Assembly: GCA_964630055.1 (NCBI GenBank)
Contig: CAZVRA010000002.1
Coordinates: 15,021-79,020, forward strand
Length of the DNA: 64,000 bases
From: an uncultured Candidatus Saccharibacteria bacterium
GTDB lineage: Bacteria; Patescibacteriota; Saccharimonadia; Saccharimonadales; CAZVRA01
Direction: 5' to 3'
Shown: in pieces, positions 1-9,703 of the stretch
Position numbering within the stretch: the first letter of the stretch is position 1
Layout: each line of letters begins with the position of its first letter
Translations under genes and position numbers: made by a program
Notes under the pieces: generated by a model
The model's database searches: none
The model's input: the letters and a program-made list of their open reading frames with translations, nothing else
What the model was told of the DNA's origin: nothing

Positions 1-1056
1 ATGGTGTTTGTGACTATCGGCGCCGGTGGCGGAACAGGTAGCGGTGCCGGGCACGTAATTGCTAAAATTGCCAAGGAAATGGATATATTAGTAGTTGGTT
101 TTGCCACCAAGCCGTTTGCCTTCGAGGGCGAAAAGCGCCGGCGCAATGCCGAACAGGCTATTGAACAACTACGCAGTACAGTAGACACCTTGATTGTTAT
201 TCCTAACGATCGTTTATTACAAACTATAGACCGTCAAACTCCACTTCTGGAAGCGTTTAAGGTGGCCGATGACGTACTAAGACAGGGCGTTCAGGGTATA
301 TCTGACCTTATAACTGTTCACGGTCTTATAAACTTAGACTTTGCCGATGTTAAAACGGTTATGAGCAATGCCGGCTCAGCTCTTATGGGTATTGGTAGGG
401 CTAGCGGTGAAAACAGGGCTGTTCAGGCAGCTCAACAAGCTATCGAATCACCATTACTCGAGGTATCTATAGATGGTGCTCGTGGCATATTGTTCAACGT
501 TATTGGTGGCCATGATATTTCTATGCACGAAATTAACACCGCAGCCGAAACTATTACGGCCGCCGCCGATTCCGATGCAAATATAATATTTGGCGCCACA
601 ATTAACCCAGATCTTGAGGGCGAGATCATTATTACTGTTGTAGCCACTGGTTTTGACGCTTCCTATTTTGCGACCCGCAATCCTGGCCGGCTGGCGGCTA
701 TTCATGACAACATTGGGTCGGCTGGCACGGGTGGTGAACAAGGCGATAGCCAACTATCCTCCGATAAAGCCGAGCTAACAAAATCTTCGTCAGGCTCCGC
801 TGCCGACACCGACAGTGAAGTTCCTAACATAGATATGGACCTGGACCAGAAGCATCAAGAAGGTGGTGAAAACGATTTTCATAACGACCAAGTGCCCAAT
901 ATATGGTCGCTCGATAGCCATAAAGAAGATGATTCTAGTCAGCCGGGCCAATCCGATGACAATAGTTTCTCTAATTCGGTTCAAGAAGACGAGATCGAAA
1001 AGCCTTCATTCTTGCGCCGTCTTAAAAAACGTCGTAACAGGGATGACGATAATTAA
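1..1056 (+). CDS. ftsZ: Cell division GTPase FtsZ (5' end cut by window edge)
   Basis: Tubulin signature GGGTGSGA near the ORF start. FtsZ core ([14 protein letters not shown]), long acidic linker and basic C-terminal peptide [11 protein letters not shown]. Confidence 0.95.
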   Translation: MVFVTIGAGGGTGSGAGHVIAKIAKEMDILVVGFATKPFAFEGEKRRRNAEQAIEQLRSTVDTLIVIPNDRLLQTIDRQTPLLEAFKVADDVLRQGVQGISDLITVHGLINLDFADVKTVMSNAGSALMGIGRASGENRAVQAAQQAIESPLLEVSIDGARGILFNVIGGHDISMHEINTAAETITAAADSDANIIFGATINPDLEGEIIITVVATGFDASYFATRNPGRLAAIHDNIGSAGTGGEQGDSQLSSDKAELTKSSSGSAADTDSEVPNIDMDLDQKHQEGGENDFHNDQVPNIWSLDSHKEDDSSQPGQSDDNSFSNSVQEDEIEKPSFLRRLKKRRNRDDDN

Positions 1057-1249
1057 TAACCGCGTTCGTATCTGTAAAATGGCCAAAGACGTGTTAAATA
1101 TTACAGCGTTTTATGGGTTGCAAAGCGCTATGGATAGCGTTAAGATGGTTTGTACAGGCGCTATATATGGTACACCAAATATTGCCTAAATAGGCAGTAA
1201 GCATCATAGTTAGCACCAGTACCTTTTCAAAAAAAGCAGGAGTAGTAGC

Positions 1250-1711
1250 ATGAAATGTGCTCAGTGTAACCAAACAGACACCAAGGTCATAGAATCGCGC
1301 GATGTAGCAGAAGGTCAGGCAGTCCGCCGCCGCCGTTGCTGCACTAAATGCCAACATAGGTTCACGACCTACGAGCGTGTCGAGCATCCACAGCTAATCG
1401 TTATCAAAAACGATGGCACTCGCGAACTATTTAATCGCGACAAGTTGCTGGCCGGTTTGCATAGGGCTTGCCAAAAAACATCCATAACCAGTATGCAGCT
1501 CGAAAAGCTGATTAATGGATTGGAACAAGAGCTTTATGGTTGCCCCGAGACGGAAGTTTCGTCTAACAAAATTGGTCAACTGGTCATGGATCAATTAGCT
1601 TTGCTGGACGAAGTAGCTTATGTGCGTTTTGCCAGTGTCTACAAGCGGTTTAGAAGCATAGCCGGTTTCGAAAAAGAGCTGTCTAGCATTCGTCAACGAA
1701 AGAAGCTGTAG
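1250..1711 (+). CDS. nrdR: Transcriptional repressor NrdR
   Basis: N-terminal zinc ribbon CxxC...CxxC (MKCAQCN...CTKCQHRFTTYERVE) followed by an ATP-cone. Sits directly upstream of a ribonucleotide reductase gene. Confidence 0.95.
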   Translation: MKCAQCNQTDTKVIESRDVAEGQAVRRRRCCTKCQHRFTTYERVEHPQLIVIKNDGTRELFNRDKLLAGLHRACQKTSITSMQLEKLINGLEQELYGCPETEVSSNKIGQLVMDQLALLDEVAYVRFASVYKRFRSIAGFEKELSSIRQRKKL

Positions 1712-1719
1712 AAACTACT

Positions 1720-1770
1720 ACACTAATTTAGTGTTTGGACGTTACCCAATGCCTCGAACTAATATATAGT
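1720..1770. promoter_or_regulatory. Candidate NrdR operator pair overlapping a possible nrdJ promoter
   Basis: 7-1-7 palindrome ACACTAATTTAGTGT at 1720-1734; its ACAC/GTGT arms match the NrdR-box consensus ends. A weaker AT-rich palindrome ACTAATATATAGT lies at 1758-1770 and overlaps a possible -10 TATAGT (1765-1770; -35 TTACCC 1742-1747, 17-nt spacer). Confidence 0.4.
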
Positions 1771-1897
1771 AGTACGTGGTAGTGGGGAGCGAATTTACGT
1801 CGCCAAGGCAAGTGATGCCTAAAATTAAGCATCATGCTGGCGGCGCCAAGCGTTCTAACAAAAATATCAAAATAACCATAATATAAGTGAGGGTAAT

Positions 1898-4798
1898 ATG
1901 GGACAAACAACAATCCTGGGCAGCAGGAGGCTTTTTACTCGGCCGGGTACGCGTGGTTATGACGCGCTCGATTGGGTAAAACGCGATTCAATTATTACTA
2001 ATCCTTTTACGGGCAAGGCGGTTTTCGAGCAGCGCGATGTCGAGTTCCCGGAGGGCTGGTCGGTTAATGCCATTAATATTGTGGCCCAAAAATATTTTTC
2101 TGGTACGCCAGGTACCAAGGAGCGCGAAACCTCACTTCGTGACCTAATTGACCGAGTTGTCGACACTGTTGTTCGGCAAGGTTTGGCCGAGGGTTATTTT
2201 GAGTCCAACGAAGAGGCCGAAGATTACCGTGAGGAGCTAAAGTTTGTGTTGGCTACTCAGCGAGCGGCTTTTAATTCGCCGGTTTGGTTTAATATTGGCG
2301 CCAAAGACCGCGCCCAACAAGCTAGTGCTTGTTTTATTCTGGCGGTCGAAGACACTATGCCAGCTATTCTTAAGTGGTACACCGAAGAAGGTATGATATT
2401 TAAGGGCGGCTCTGGTTCGGGTCTAAACATAAGCACTATTAGGTCGTCGGTTGAACCGCTGGGCAAAAGCGCCGGTACTGCTTCGGGACCTCTAAGCTTT
2501 ATGCGCGGGGCTGACGCTTCGGCAGGCGCTATAAAAAGCGGCGGCAAGACACGCCGTGCTGCCAAAATGGTCATAATGAACGCCGATCACCCCGATGTCG
2601 AAGCTTTTATTTGGTGCAAGGCCATCGAGGAACGCAAAGCTCGCGACCTAAAAGCGGCCGGTTGGGACATGGATCTGGACGGACGCGACTCATTCTCGGT
2701 TCAGTATCAAAATGCTAACAACTCGGTGCGGGTTACCGACAGTTTCATGCAAGCAGTCGAAAAAGATGGCGACTGGGACCTAAAAGCCGTTGCAACCGGT
2801 AAGACAGTCAAAACCATCAAGGCTCGCAAATTGTTTAGGCAATTTGCCGAAGCTGCTTGGGAGTGTGCCGATCCTGGAATGCAGTTCGACACCACCATCA
2901 ATAAGTGGCACACCACCCCCAATGCTGGACGTATTAATGCTTCTAACCCCTGTAGCGAATACATGCATTTGGACAATTCGGCTTGTAACTTGGCATCGAT
3001 CAACCTACTCAAATACCTAAACGATGATGGTAGTTTCGATATTGAATCGTTTAAGCATACAGTTGAATTGATGTTTACGGCTCAGGAAATTTTGGTTGGC
3101 TATAGCGAATATCCAACCGAAAGCATCACCAAAAATGCCAAGGCTTACCGTGAACTTGGTCTAGGTTATGCCAATCTGGGCGCTTTATTAATGGCCCAAG
3201 GATTGCCTTATGATTCCGACGAAGGTCGGGCACAGGCTGCGGCCATTACTTCTATAATGACCGGGCAGGCCTACGCCACTAGTGCCAGGATTGCCCGACG
3301 AGTCGGTCCATTTGCCGGCTTCACCAAAGATCAGGACAACATGCTTAAAGTTTTGCGCATGCACCGCCAAGCAGTGTCGGCTATCGACGCCAGCCTGGTA
3401 TCGGAAGACCTGCTGAGCGCTGCGGCTACCGCTTGGGACGACGCCGTCGAGCTGGGCGAGCTTTACGGGGTACGCAACTCCCAGGCCTCAGTTCTAGCTC
3501 CAACAGGTACTATTGGGCTAATGATGGACTGCGACACTACTGGCATTGAGCCCGATCTTGGCCTAGTCAAACTTAAAAAACTGGTTGGCGGCGGAACAAT
3601 GAGCATAGTCAACCAGACCGTGCCACGAGCTCTCAAAACTTTGGGTTACAGCCAGCCTCAAATTGAGGACATCATATCTTATATAGATATCGAAAAAACT
3701 ATCACTTGTGCACCGCATCTAAAACCAGAACATAACGCAGTTTTTGCTTGCTCTATGGGTGATAACCCTATTCACTACCTTGGTCATGTCAAAATGATGT
3801 CGGCTGTGCAGCCATTTTTGTCCGGCGCTATTAGTAAAACTGTCAACATGCCGGAGTCGGCTACTGTAGAAGAAATTGAACAGCTACACATAGATTCCTG
3901 GAAAATGGGCCTCAAAGCAGTAGCAATTTACCGCGATAACTGTAAAGTGGGTCAGCCGCTTAGTATGGCTAAAAAAGATAGTGCACTTAGCCAAAATGAG
4001 TCCAGCGACAACAGTGCTAAAGACAACCAGCAAAAGGCTCCGGCCGCCGCTTCGGTGACGCAGGGAAATACCACAGATCTAGATGGTAAAATTTTGGTCA
4101 AAGGCACGGTGCGTCGCAAGCTACCACGCGTGCGTCATAGTAGGACCTACCGTTTTGTGGTTGCTGATCTAGAAGGATTCTTTACTGTAGGTGAGTACCA
4201 AGACGGCACTCCGGGTGAGCTATTTGTGACTGTTTCCAAGCAAGGGTCAACGCTAGCTGGTCTAATGGATTCGTTTGCGATTAGCGTTAGTCACGGCTTG
4301 CAATACGGCGTGCCTCTAAAAAGCTACGTCAAAACACTAAGGGGCACCACTTTTGCTCCATCTGGCATAACCGACGACGAAGATATCCGCCGAGCCAGCT
4401 CGGTAATCGACTACATATTCCGTCGCTTGGCTATAGACTATCTTTCGTTCGATGATCGCTTGGAGCTTGGACTGGCATCTATAGATGATATGCCTGCCGA
4501 GCAAACTAGCTTGCTTGAATCATCTGGGGCGGGCGTTAGCTCGAACAATGTTAGTACAGAGCCTAAGTCCGAAAATACCGGGGCAGTATCTAGTGATTTA
4601 TTTGCACCAGCCAGTGAAAAACTAGAGAAAGACCGTGTCGATCAATCTCATACCAGCATCGAAGCTAATTCCGCCGAGCCAGCTGGCCAGTCTAACGACG
4701 ATACGGCACCGCTTTGCTACAACTGTGGTAATCAAACTCAGCGTGCCGGTAGCTGCTATGTCTGTACCTCTTGTGGCTCGACCACTGGCTGCTCTTAG
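1898..4798 (+). CDS. nrdJ: Adenosylcobalamin-dependent ribonucleotide reductase, class II
   Basis: 966 aa. N-terminus and core are typical of class II RNR, including the thiyl-radical Cys context NPCSEY and TGIEPD. A low-complexity linker precedes the C-terminal zinc ribbon CYNCG...CYVCTSCG. Confidence 0.9.
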   Translation: MGQTTILGSRRLFTRPGTRGYDALDWVKRDSIITNPFTGKAVFEQRDVEFPEGWSVNAINIVAQKYFSGTPGTKERETSLRDLIDRVVDTVVRQGLAEGYFESNEEAEDYREELKFVLATQRAAFNSPVWFNIGAKDRAQQASACFILAVEDTMPAILKWYTEEGMIFKGGSGSGLNISTIRSSVEPLGKSAGTASGPLSFMRGADASAGAIKSGGKTRRAAKMVIMNADHPDVEAFIWCKAIEERKARDLKAAGWDMDLDGRDSFSVQYQNANNSVRVTDSFMQAVEKDGDWDLKAVATGKTVKTIKARKLFRQFAEAAWECADPGMQFDTTINKWHTTPNAGRINASNPCSEYMHLDNSACNLASINLLKYLNDDGSFDIESFKHTVELMFTAQEILVGYSEYPTESITKNAKAYRELGLGYANLGALLMAQGLPYDSDEGRAQAAAITSIMTGQAYATSARIARRVGPFAGFTKDQDNMLKVLRMHRQAVSAIDASLVSEDLLSAAATAWDDAVELGELYGVRNSQASVLAPTGTIGLMMDCDTTGIEPDLGLVKLKKLVGGGTMSIVNQTVPRALKTLGYSQPQIEDIISYIDIEKTITCAPHLKPEHNAVFACSMGDNPIHYLGHVKMMSAVQPFLSGAISKTVNMPESATVEEIEQLHIDSWKMGLKAVAIYRDNCKVGQPLSMAKKDSALSQNESSDNSAKDNQQKAPAAASVTQGNTTDLDGKILVKGTVRRKLPRVRHSRTYRFVVADLEGFFTVGEYQDGTPGELFVTVSKQGSTLAGLMDSFAISVSHGLQYGVPLKSYVKTLRGTTFAPSGITDDEDIRRASSVIDYIFRRLAIDYLSFDDRLELGLASIDDMPAEQTSLLESSGAGVSSNNVSTEPKSENTGAVSSDLFAPASEKLEKDRVDQSHTSIEANSAEPAGQSNDDTAPLCYNCGNQTQRAGSCYVCTSCGSTTGCS

Positions 4799-4933
4799 GA
4801 AGCTGCACTTTCGAGCGATTGTAGTAGTCTGTGCTCAAGCGGGCAAATGGAGTCCAATAGACTTCGTTTGCCCGGGCGGGCCGTCCATAAAGCTTAGCCC
4901 CAGATAAGCATATATTTATGCTAAACTATAGAT

Positions 4934-5200
4934 ATGAAAGTGTTTGTGCTCTATCATCCAACATCTCCAGAGGCTCGGTCGGTGGACGAGTTTGTACGTG
5001 AGTTTACGGTACGTACAGCCAAAAAAATCGAGGTACTCAGCCTAGAAACCAGAGAGGGTGCAGACCTTGCTAGGTTATATGACGTCGTTGCTTATCCGGC
5101 TATTGTGGCGGTGCGAGGCGACGGCCAGTTGTTGCGCTTGTGGCAAGGTGCGGTTTTGCCGTTGATTGACGAAGTGTCGTATTACGTATCGGCCGACTAG
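4934..5200 (+). CDS. Small thioredoxin-fold-like protein lacking the CxxC active site
   Basis: 88 aa with a beta-alpha-beta pattern (KVFVLY / ARSVDEFVREF / IEVLSL) and a cis-Pro-like YPAIVAV. The CxxC position reads TSPE and the protein has no cysteines. Confidence 0.45.
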   Translation: MKVFVLYHPTSPEARSVDEFVREFTVRTAKKIEVLSLETREGADLARLYDVVAYPAIVAVRGDGQLLRLWQGAVLPLIDEVSYYVSAD

Positions 5201-5210
5201 CAGCCGATAT

Positions 5211-5240
5211 TTGCATAGATAGCTGAGCCTAATGTATAAT
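5211..5240 (+). promoter_or_regulatory. Sigma70-type promoter for the ileS leader
   Basis: TTGCAT (5211-5216), 18-nt spacer, TATAAT (5235-5240) preceded by TG. Confidence 0.5.
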
Positions 5241-5246
5241 TTGGCC

Positions 5247-5510
5247 TATAGGCGTTTTAGTTTTGCTCAGAAAACTCTTCTGGAACCAAACTAAAGAAGC
5301 GGTTATCACCCGCTAGCCGTAGGCAGAAATGGCTTGGTACTAGCATAGAATCGGGCTTTAGTAGATCCTACCGTGAAGCTGCGTAAAAGCCATAAGTAAG
5401 CGCTAAAAGAATCGTTTAAGGAACACCTCTTTTAGAAATCGGATGGTACCGTCCTGACTGAGCACTAAGCTCACAGGGATTCCGATAACTAAAACAGGTG
5501 TTTTTTATTT
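5247..5510 (+). promoter_or_regulatory. T-box leader (tRNA-sensing riboswitch) of ileS, candidate Ile AUC specifier
   Basis: T-box core AAAUCGGAUGGUACCGUCCUG at 5437-5456, compared with consensus AAnnnGGGUGGUACCGCG. Flanking arms AUCGGA/UCCGAU and UCCUG/CAGGGA leave a UGGUACC bulge (UGGU at 5444-5447). Hairpin GCGG-UUAUCAC-CCGC at 5299-5313 displays AUC at 5305-5307. Located directly upstream of an aminoacyl-tRNA synthetase gene. Confidence 0.7.
5422..5510 (+). terminator. Long intrinsic-terminator-like hairpin ending the ileS leader
   Basis: AACACCTCTTTTAGAAATCGGA (5422-5443) pairs with TCCGATAACTAAAACAGGTGTT (5481-5502) at 19 of 22 positions. It is followed by TTTTTTATTT. Confidence 0.55.
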
Positions 5511-5528
5511 ACAGAAAGGCTGGAAACG

Positions 5529-8500
5529 ATGAGCATGAAGTTTAAGCATGGTACGCGGCGCAGGGCGCTGGAATACGAAAAAGATTGGGCAGAGCGTTGG
5601 AAGCAAGACAAAACCTTTGAAAAATCGGTGGAACAGCGCAGCAAAGACAGCGCCTATGTTTTTTACGACGGCCCACCGTTTATTAGCGGCAGTCCTCATC
5701 ACGGCACGCTGTTGAGCAGCATCATAAAGGACATTATTCCACGCTACCAAACCATGAAAGGCAAGCGTGTTGAGCGTGTCTGGGGCTGGGATTGCCATGG
5801 CTTACCGGCAGAGCGTTTTACAGAGAAAAAACTTGGCATTAATTCTCGCCAGGAAGTCATTGATTACGGTATAGAAAAGTACATTGTGGCTTGCCGCAAC
5901 AACATGGTGCAAACCAGCGGTGAGTGGAACAGCATCATCGACCGGATTGGCCGCTGGGTCGACATGGATAACGCCTACAAAACCATGGACAAAGAATACA
6001 TGGAAAGCGTGTGGTGGGCGTTTAAGGAATTGTACGAAAAGGGCAAAATATACGAAGGCGAAAAAGTGCTAATGTATTGCACGCTCGACGCTACGCCGCT
6101 CAGTAAGGCTGAAGTTACCATGGACGCTGGCGCCTACCAGGACGTCACCGACCCCAGTGTTTTCGTAAAGTTTGAAGTTATGAATGCAAACAATCATAAG
6201 TTTAACTTGAGTATTGAGGATGATTTATTCCTACTAGCTTGGACAACAACCCCATGGACACTGCCTGCTAATATGGCGCTAGCAGTTAGCAAGGATATCG
6301 AGTACTCGCTAGTGCGAACAGGTGGTGATTATATGATTCTTGCGAAGTCACTTTTGGATAAAGTGTTTGTTGATGAAAAAAAGCAACCTATCGAATATGA
6401 AATAATAAAAGATGCTATTCCAGTCTCTGATTTGGTTGGTTTGGCATATGTGCCTCCATTGATGGGTAGGAGACGCATGAATCATAACCCTCAGCGTCCT
6501 GATTTTAATATCAACACATCTAACTACTATAAAGTATTCTTAGCTGATTTCGTAGGCGATGATACAGGTACGGGCATTGTGCATATTGCTCCGGCGTATG
6601 GCGAGGATGACTTTGAACTTGCCATGAAAAATAATATAGCTGTTCTGCATGTGGTTGATGAAAATGGCAATTATATCGAAGGCGATTGGCAGGGCCAAAA
6701 CGTCTGGGAAATAAACAAACAGATCGCCAAAGACCTCAAAGAGCGCGGTGTAGTCTGGAAGATCGATTATATTCGCCATAGCTACCCGCACTGTCATCGT
6801 TGTGGTACTAAGCTGATGTACCGCGCACATCCCAGTTGGTTTATGGATATCGACGGGCAGCGCCAGCAGATGCTAGAAAACAATCAGCCCATCAACTGGT
6901 TCCCGCCATATGTTAAAAACGGCCGGTTTGCTAAGACAATCGAAACCGCTCCAGACTGGAACCTGAGCCGCGACCGTTTTTGGGCGACAGCTATGCCTGT
7001 CTGGAAGACTGAAACTGGCAAGGTAAAAGTAGTTGGTAGCTACGCCGAACTTAAACAACTGAGCGGTAGGGAACTGGACGATTACCACCGACCATGGGTC
7101 GACGACATCACCTTTGAAATCGACGGCGAAACCTACACTCGTATCGATAAGGTCATCGACTGCTGGTTCGAAAGCGGCAGTATGCCGTTCGCGCAGTTCC
7201 ATTATCCGTTCGAAAACAAAGCCAAGTTTGAGGCAAACTTTCCGGGCGACTTTATTGTGGAATACGTCGGTCAGGTGCGCGCCTGGTTTTACTATGTGCA
7301 CGCTGTGAGCACGGCACTATTTGGCACAAATGGCTTCAAAAACGTGATTGTAACCGGCAACGTGGCTGGTAGCGATGGCCGCAAAATGAGTAAAAGCTAC
7401 GGCAATTATACCGACCCAAATGAGCTAATGGATAAGTTTAGTGCCGATTCTTTGCGGTTTTTGCTGGCTTCTAGCCCGCTGCTAAGCGGCGAGGATTTTG
7501 CGCTGCAAGACAAAGAAGTAGGCGACGTGGCACGCAAGCTGAGCATGATTTGGAATATGTACGACTTTTTCACAATGTACGCCGAGGTAGATGACTTCAC
7601 ATTTCCGTACTCTGCGGCGTCATCAGATGCGTTTCTCGTTCACGGTATGTCACATACCGCTCACTCCGATACTCCTGATTCCTTGCATAGCATCGCAAAT
7701 GAGAAGTCATACCAGATAGATGTAGATGTATCCAAGCTAAAAAACCCCTTGGATATTTGGATCGTGTCTCGCTTGCATCAGTTGGTCGCCGAAGTAGAAA
7801 AGCACCTAGACGGCTACAATTTGCCAGATGCCATGAGTCCAATCCTGCCGTTTATCGATGACGCGAGCAACTGGTATGTGCGGCGTAGCCGGCGTCGGTT
7901 CTGGAAGAGCGACCAAACAGACGACAAAAACGATGCCTATAAGACACTGCACTATGTGTTGGTGCGCCTGGCTTATGTTTTGGCGCCGTTCACACCGTTT
8001 TTGGCCGAAGAACTCTACCACAATCTAACGGGCGACAAGCAGTCTATTCACCTAAAAGATTGGCTGCCAGCTGGTAATGTCGATCAATTAGTTACTAGCG
8101 AAATGGAAACCGTCCGCGACTACGTCAACCAAGGGCTCAGCATGCGCGCCAAGACCGGCTTAAAAGTTCGCCAGCCACTGGCCAGCATAACAGTGCCGAG
8201 CCTAGGTCAAAATATCGACTTCGAGTCAATCTTAACAGATGAGTTAAATGTTAAATCGGTAAAAGTTGGCCAGGAAATCGCCATAGACGATCAGCTAACG
8301 CCAGAACTCGAGCGCGAGGGACTAATGCGCGAGGTTATTAGGCACGTCCAGAATGCACGTAAAGAGGCTGGACTTAACATCGATGACCGCATAAAGCTTG
8401 GCTTGGTAGCCGATAATCTTCATCTTGAGCAGGCTATAGCTGACCATAAATCGACCATTAGCAACGAAACTTTAGCCGTCAGTCTAGATAGCGTAAGTGC

Positions 8501-8573
8501 CGGAGGAGCTCTTTTGGAGAAAAAAGTCGAAATAGAGGGTAGTAAACTGGCAATCAGTATTGATAAAGTATAA
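5529..8573 (+). CDS. ileS: Isoleucyl-tRNA synthetase
   Basis: 1014 aa. HIGH-type motif SPHHGT, KMSKS present (GRKMSKSYGNY), CP1 editing insertion (TTTPWTLPAN). Confidence 0.97.
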   Translation: MSMKFKHGTRRRALEYEKDWAERWKQDKTFEKSVEQRSKDSAYVFYDGPPFISGSPHHGTLLSSIIKDIIPRYQTMKGKRVERVWGWDCHGLPAERFTEKKLGINSRQEVIDYGIEKYIVACRNNMVQTSGEWNSIIDRIGRWVDMDNAYKTMDKEYMESVWWAFKELYEKGKIYEGEKVLMYCTLDATPLSKAEVTMDAGAYQDVTDPSVFVKFEVMNANNHKFNLSIEDDLFLLAWTTTPWTLPANMALAVSKDIEYSLVRTGGDYMILAKSLLDKVFVDEKKQPIEYEIIKDAIPVSDLVGLAYVPPLMGRRRMNHNPQRPDFNINTSNYYKVFLADFVGDDTGTGIVHIAPAYGEDDFELAMKNNIAVLHVVDENGNYIEGDWQGQNVWEINKQIAKDLKERGVVWKIDYIRHSYPHCHRCGTKLMYRAHPSWFMDIDGQRQQMLENNQPINWFPPYVKNGRFAKTIETAPDWNLSRDRFWATAMPVWKTETGKVKVVGSYAELKQLSGRELDDYHRPWVDDITFEIDGETYTRIDKVIDCWFESGSMPFAQFHYPFENKAKFEANFPGDFIVEYVGQVRAWFYYVHAVSTALFGTNGFKNVIVTGNVAGSDGRKMSKSYGNYTDPNELMDKFSADSLRFLLASSPLLSGEDFALQDKEVGDVARKLSMIWNMYDFFTMYAEVDDFTFPYSAASSDAFLVHGMSHTAHSDTPDSLHSIANEKSYQIDVDVSKLKNPLDIWIVSRLHQLVAEVEKHLDGYNLPDAMSPILPFIDDASNWYVRRSRRRFWKSDQTDDKNDAYKTLHYVLVRLAYVLAPFTPFLAEELYHNLTGDKQSIHLKDWLPAGNVDQLVTSEMETVRDYVNQGLSMRAKTGLKVRQPLASITVPSLGQNIDFESILTDELNVKSVKVGQEIAIDDQLTPELEREGLMREVIRHVQNARKEAGLNIDDRIKLGLVADNLHLEQAIADHKSTISNETLAVSLDSVSAGGALLEKKVEIEGSKLAISIDKV

Positions 8574-8581
8574 TTACTATT

Positions 8582-9658
8582 ATGCTGGCTCAATCGAACA
8601 AAAAACAAAGATTTTTTATAAGGCGCCTGGACGGTCGGGTCAACGCTGATATTTTTTTACTGGCAGGCATTATGACCATCATGGCTACCAGGTTGTATCT
8701 TGCTGCATCGCATTACCCGCAGCTGGGTGGTCGTAGTTTGCACATAGCTCACATGCTTTGGGGCGGCTTGCTTATGACCAGTGCGCTTGGCATGGGGTTG
8801 CTTTTTTTGGGTCGGCGATTGCAAAAATTAGTGGCTCTTATTGGTGGTATCGGATTCGGCCTATTTATAGATGAACTTGGTAAGTTTATAACTCGCGATC
8901 ACAATTATTTTTTTCGGCCAACAATAGGATTGGTTTATATGATTTTTGTGGTTTTTTATCTGCTGGCTTTAGCTATTACTAGCAATGATTCTTCTACCGA
9001 AAATGGCAACAAGCATAATGCCGACATTTTTTTAGAAGAAATAATTCAAAAGGGCATGAATAAGTCGCATAAGAATAAGATAAAACATCTGCTGAGGCCA
9101 TTAGTGGGTGATGAGTCTGTTGGTATGCTATATAAGCTGGTCGATAGCTTGCCTAATGATGAGGCACCAAAGAGGTTGTCGTTAATTTCGCGAATAAATT
9201 TAGGTTTACAAAATTGGTATGATCGGTTGTACCAGTCACCAAAGGTCGCCAATTGGGCTAGGCTAGTGTTTCTGCTAGGTATGGCTGCCGCCTTTTTTAG
9301 TTTAGATTATGTAAACAGCGTAAGTGACAATTCGCTTTTTTTGCCCAGCGGTGAGCTTGTGCATGAATGGGCTTTTTTTGCCCGCGGGCAGTATATATCA
9401 ACATTTTTCACCGAGGCATTGCTATTAATAGGGTTGATTGTTGTTATAAAAAGCCGCCGCCTTGCACTGCGTTGTCTGTATTTTGCGGCACTTATCAATC
9501 TGTTATTTACTCAGTTTTTTCTGTTCGCCAGATTAAATTTTAAGGCATTGCCAATTTTTGGACTAAACTTATTGGGATTTGGGCTGGTTAAGTTTGCCAT
9601 GTATCAGGAACGTCGGCGAACTGCTAAGGTTAGGGTTGTAGCTTCCCAAAATACCTAA
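8582..9658 (+). CDS. Polytopic membrane protein, unknown function
   Basis: 358 aa. Multiple hydrophobic helices at both ends with a central soluble segment. Contains the motif HIAHMLWGGLLM...GLFIDELGKFIT, which I do not recognise. Confidence 0.55.
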   Translation: MLAQSNKKQRFFIRRLDGRVNADIFLLAGIMTIMATRLYLAASHYPQLGGRSLHIAHMLWGGLLMTSALGMGLLFLGRRLQKLVALIGGIGFGLFIDELGKFITRDHNYFFRPTIGLVYMIFVVFYLLALAITSNDSSTENGNKHNADIFLEEIIQKGMNKSHKNKIKHLLRPLVGDESVGMLYKLVDSLPNDEAPKRLSLISRINLGLQNWYDRLYQSPKVANWARLVFLLGMAAAFFSLDYVNSVSDNSLFLPSGELVHEWAFFARGQYISTFFTEALLLIGLIVVIKSRRLALRCLYFAALINLLFTQFFLFARLNFKALPIFGLNLLGFGLVKFAMYQERRRTAKVRVVASQNT

Positions 9659-9703
9659 CCCACGCTATACTTACAACTATTACTAATGTGAGGTATTGTA
9701 ATT

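Noticed and set aside
863-1189. 108-aa ORF overlapping the ftsZ 3' end, and a possible 36-aa peptide (ATG 1079 to 1189) in the ftsZ-nrdR spacer
   Set aside because: Most of the ORF is out of frame within the ftsZ tail. The short intergenic part has no ribosome-binding site or promoter signal and no recognisable similarity.
1712-1897. Possible cobalamin riboswitch upstream of the B12-dependent RNR
   Set aside because: The spacer is only 186 nt and part of it is promoter/operator. I see no B12-box-like element (AGYCMGGAGACCKGCC type).
1898-4798. Possible intein or insertion explaining the 966-aa length of NrdJ
   Set aside because: The core is collinear with class II RNRs. The extra length is an S/N/E-rich low-complexity linker before the C-terminal zinc ribbon. 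No intein splice-junction or endonuclease blocks are present.
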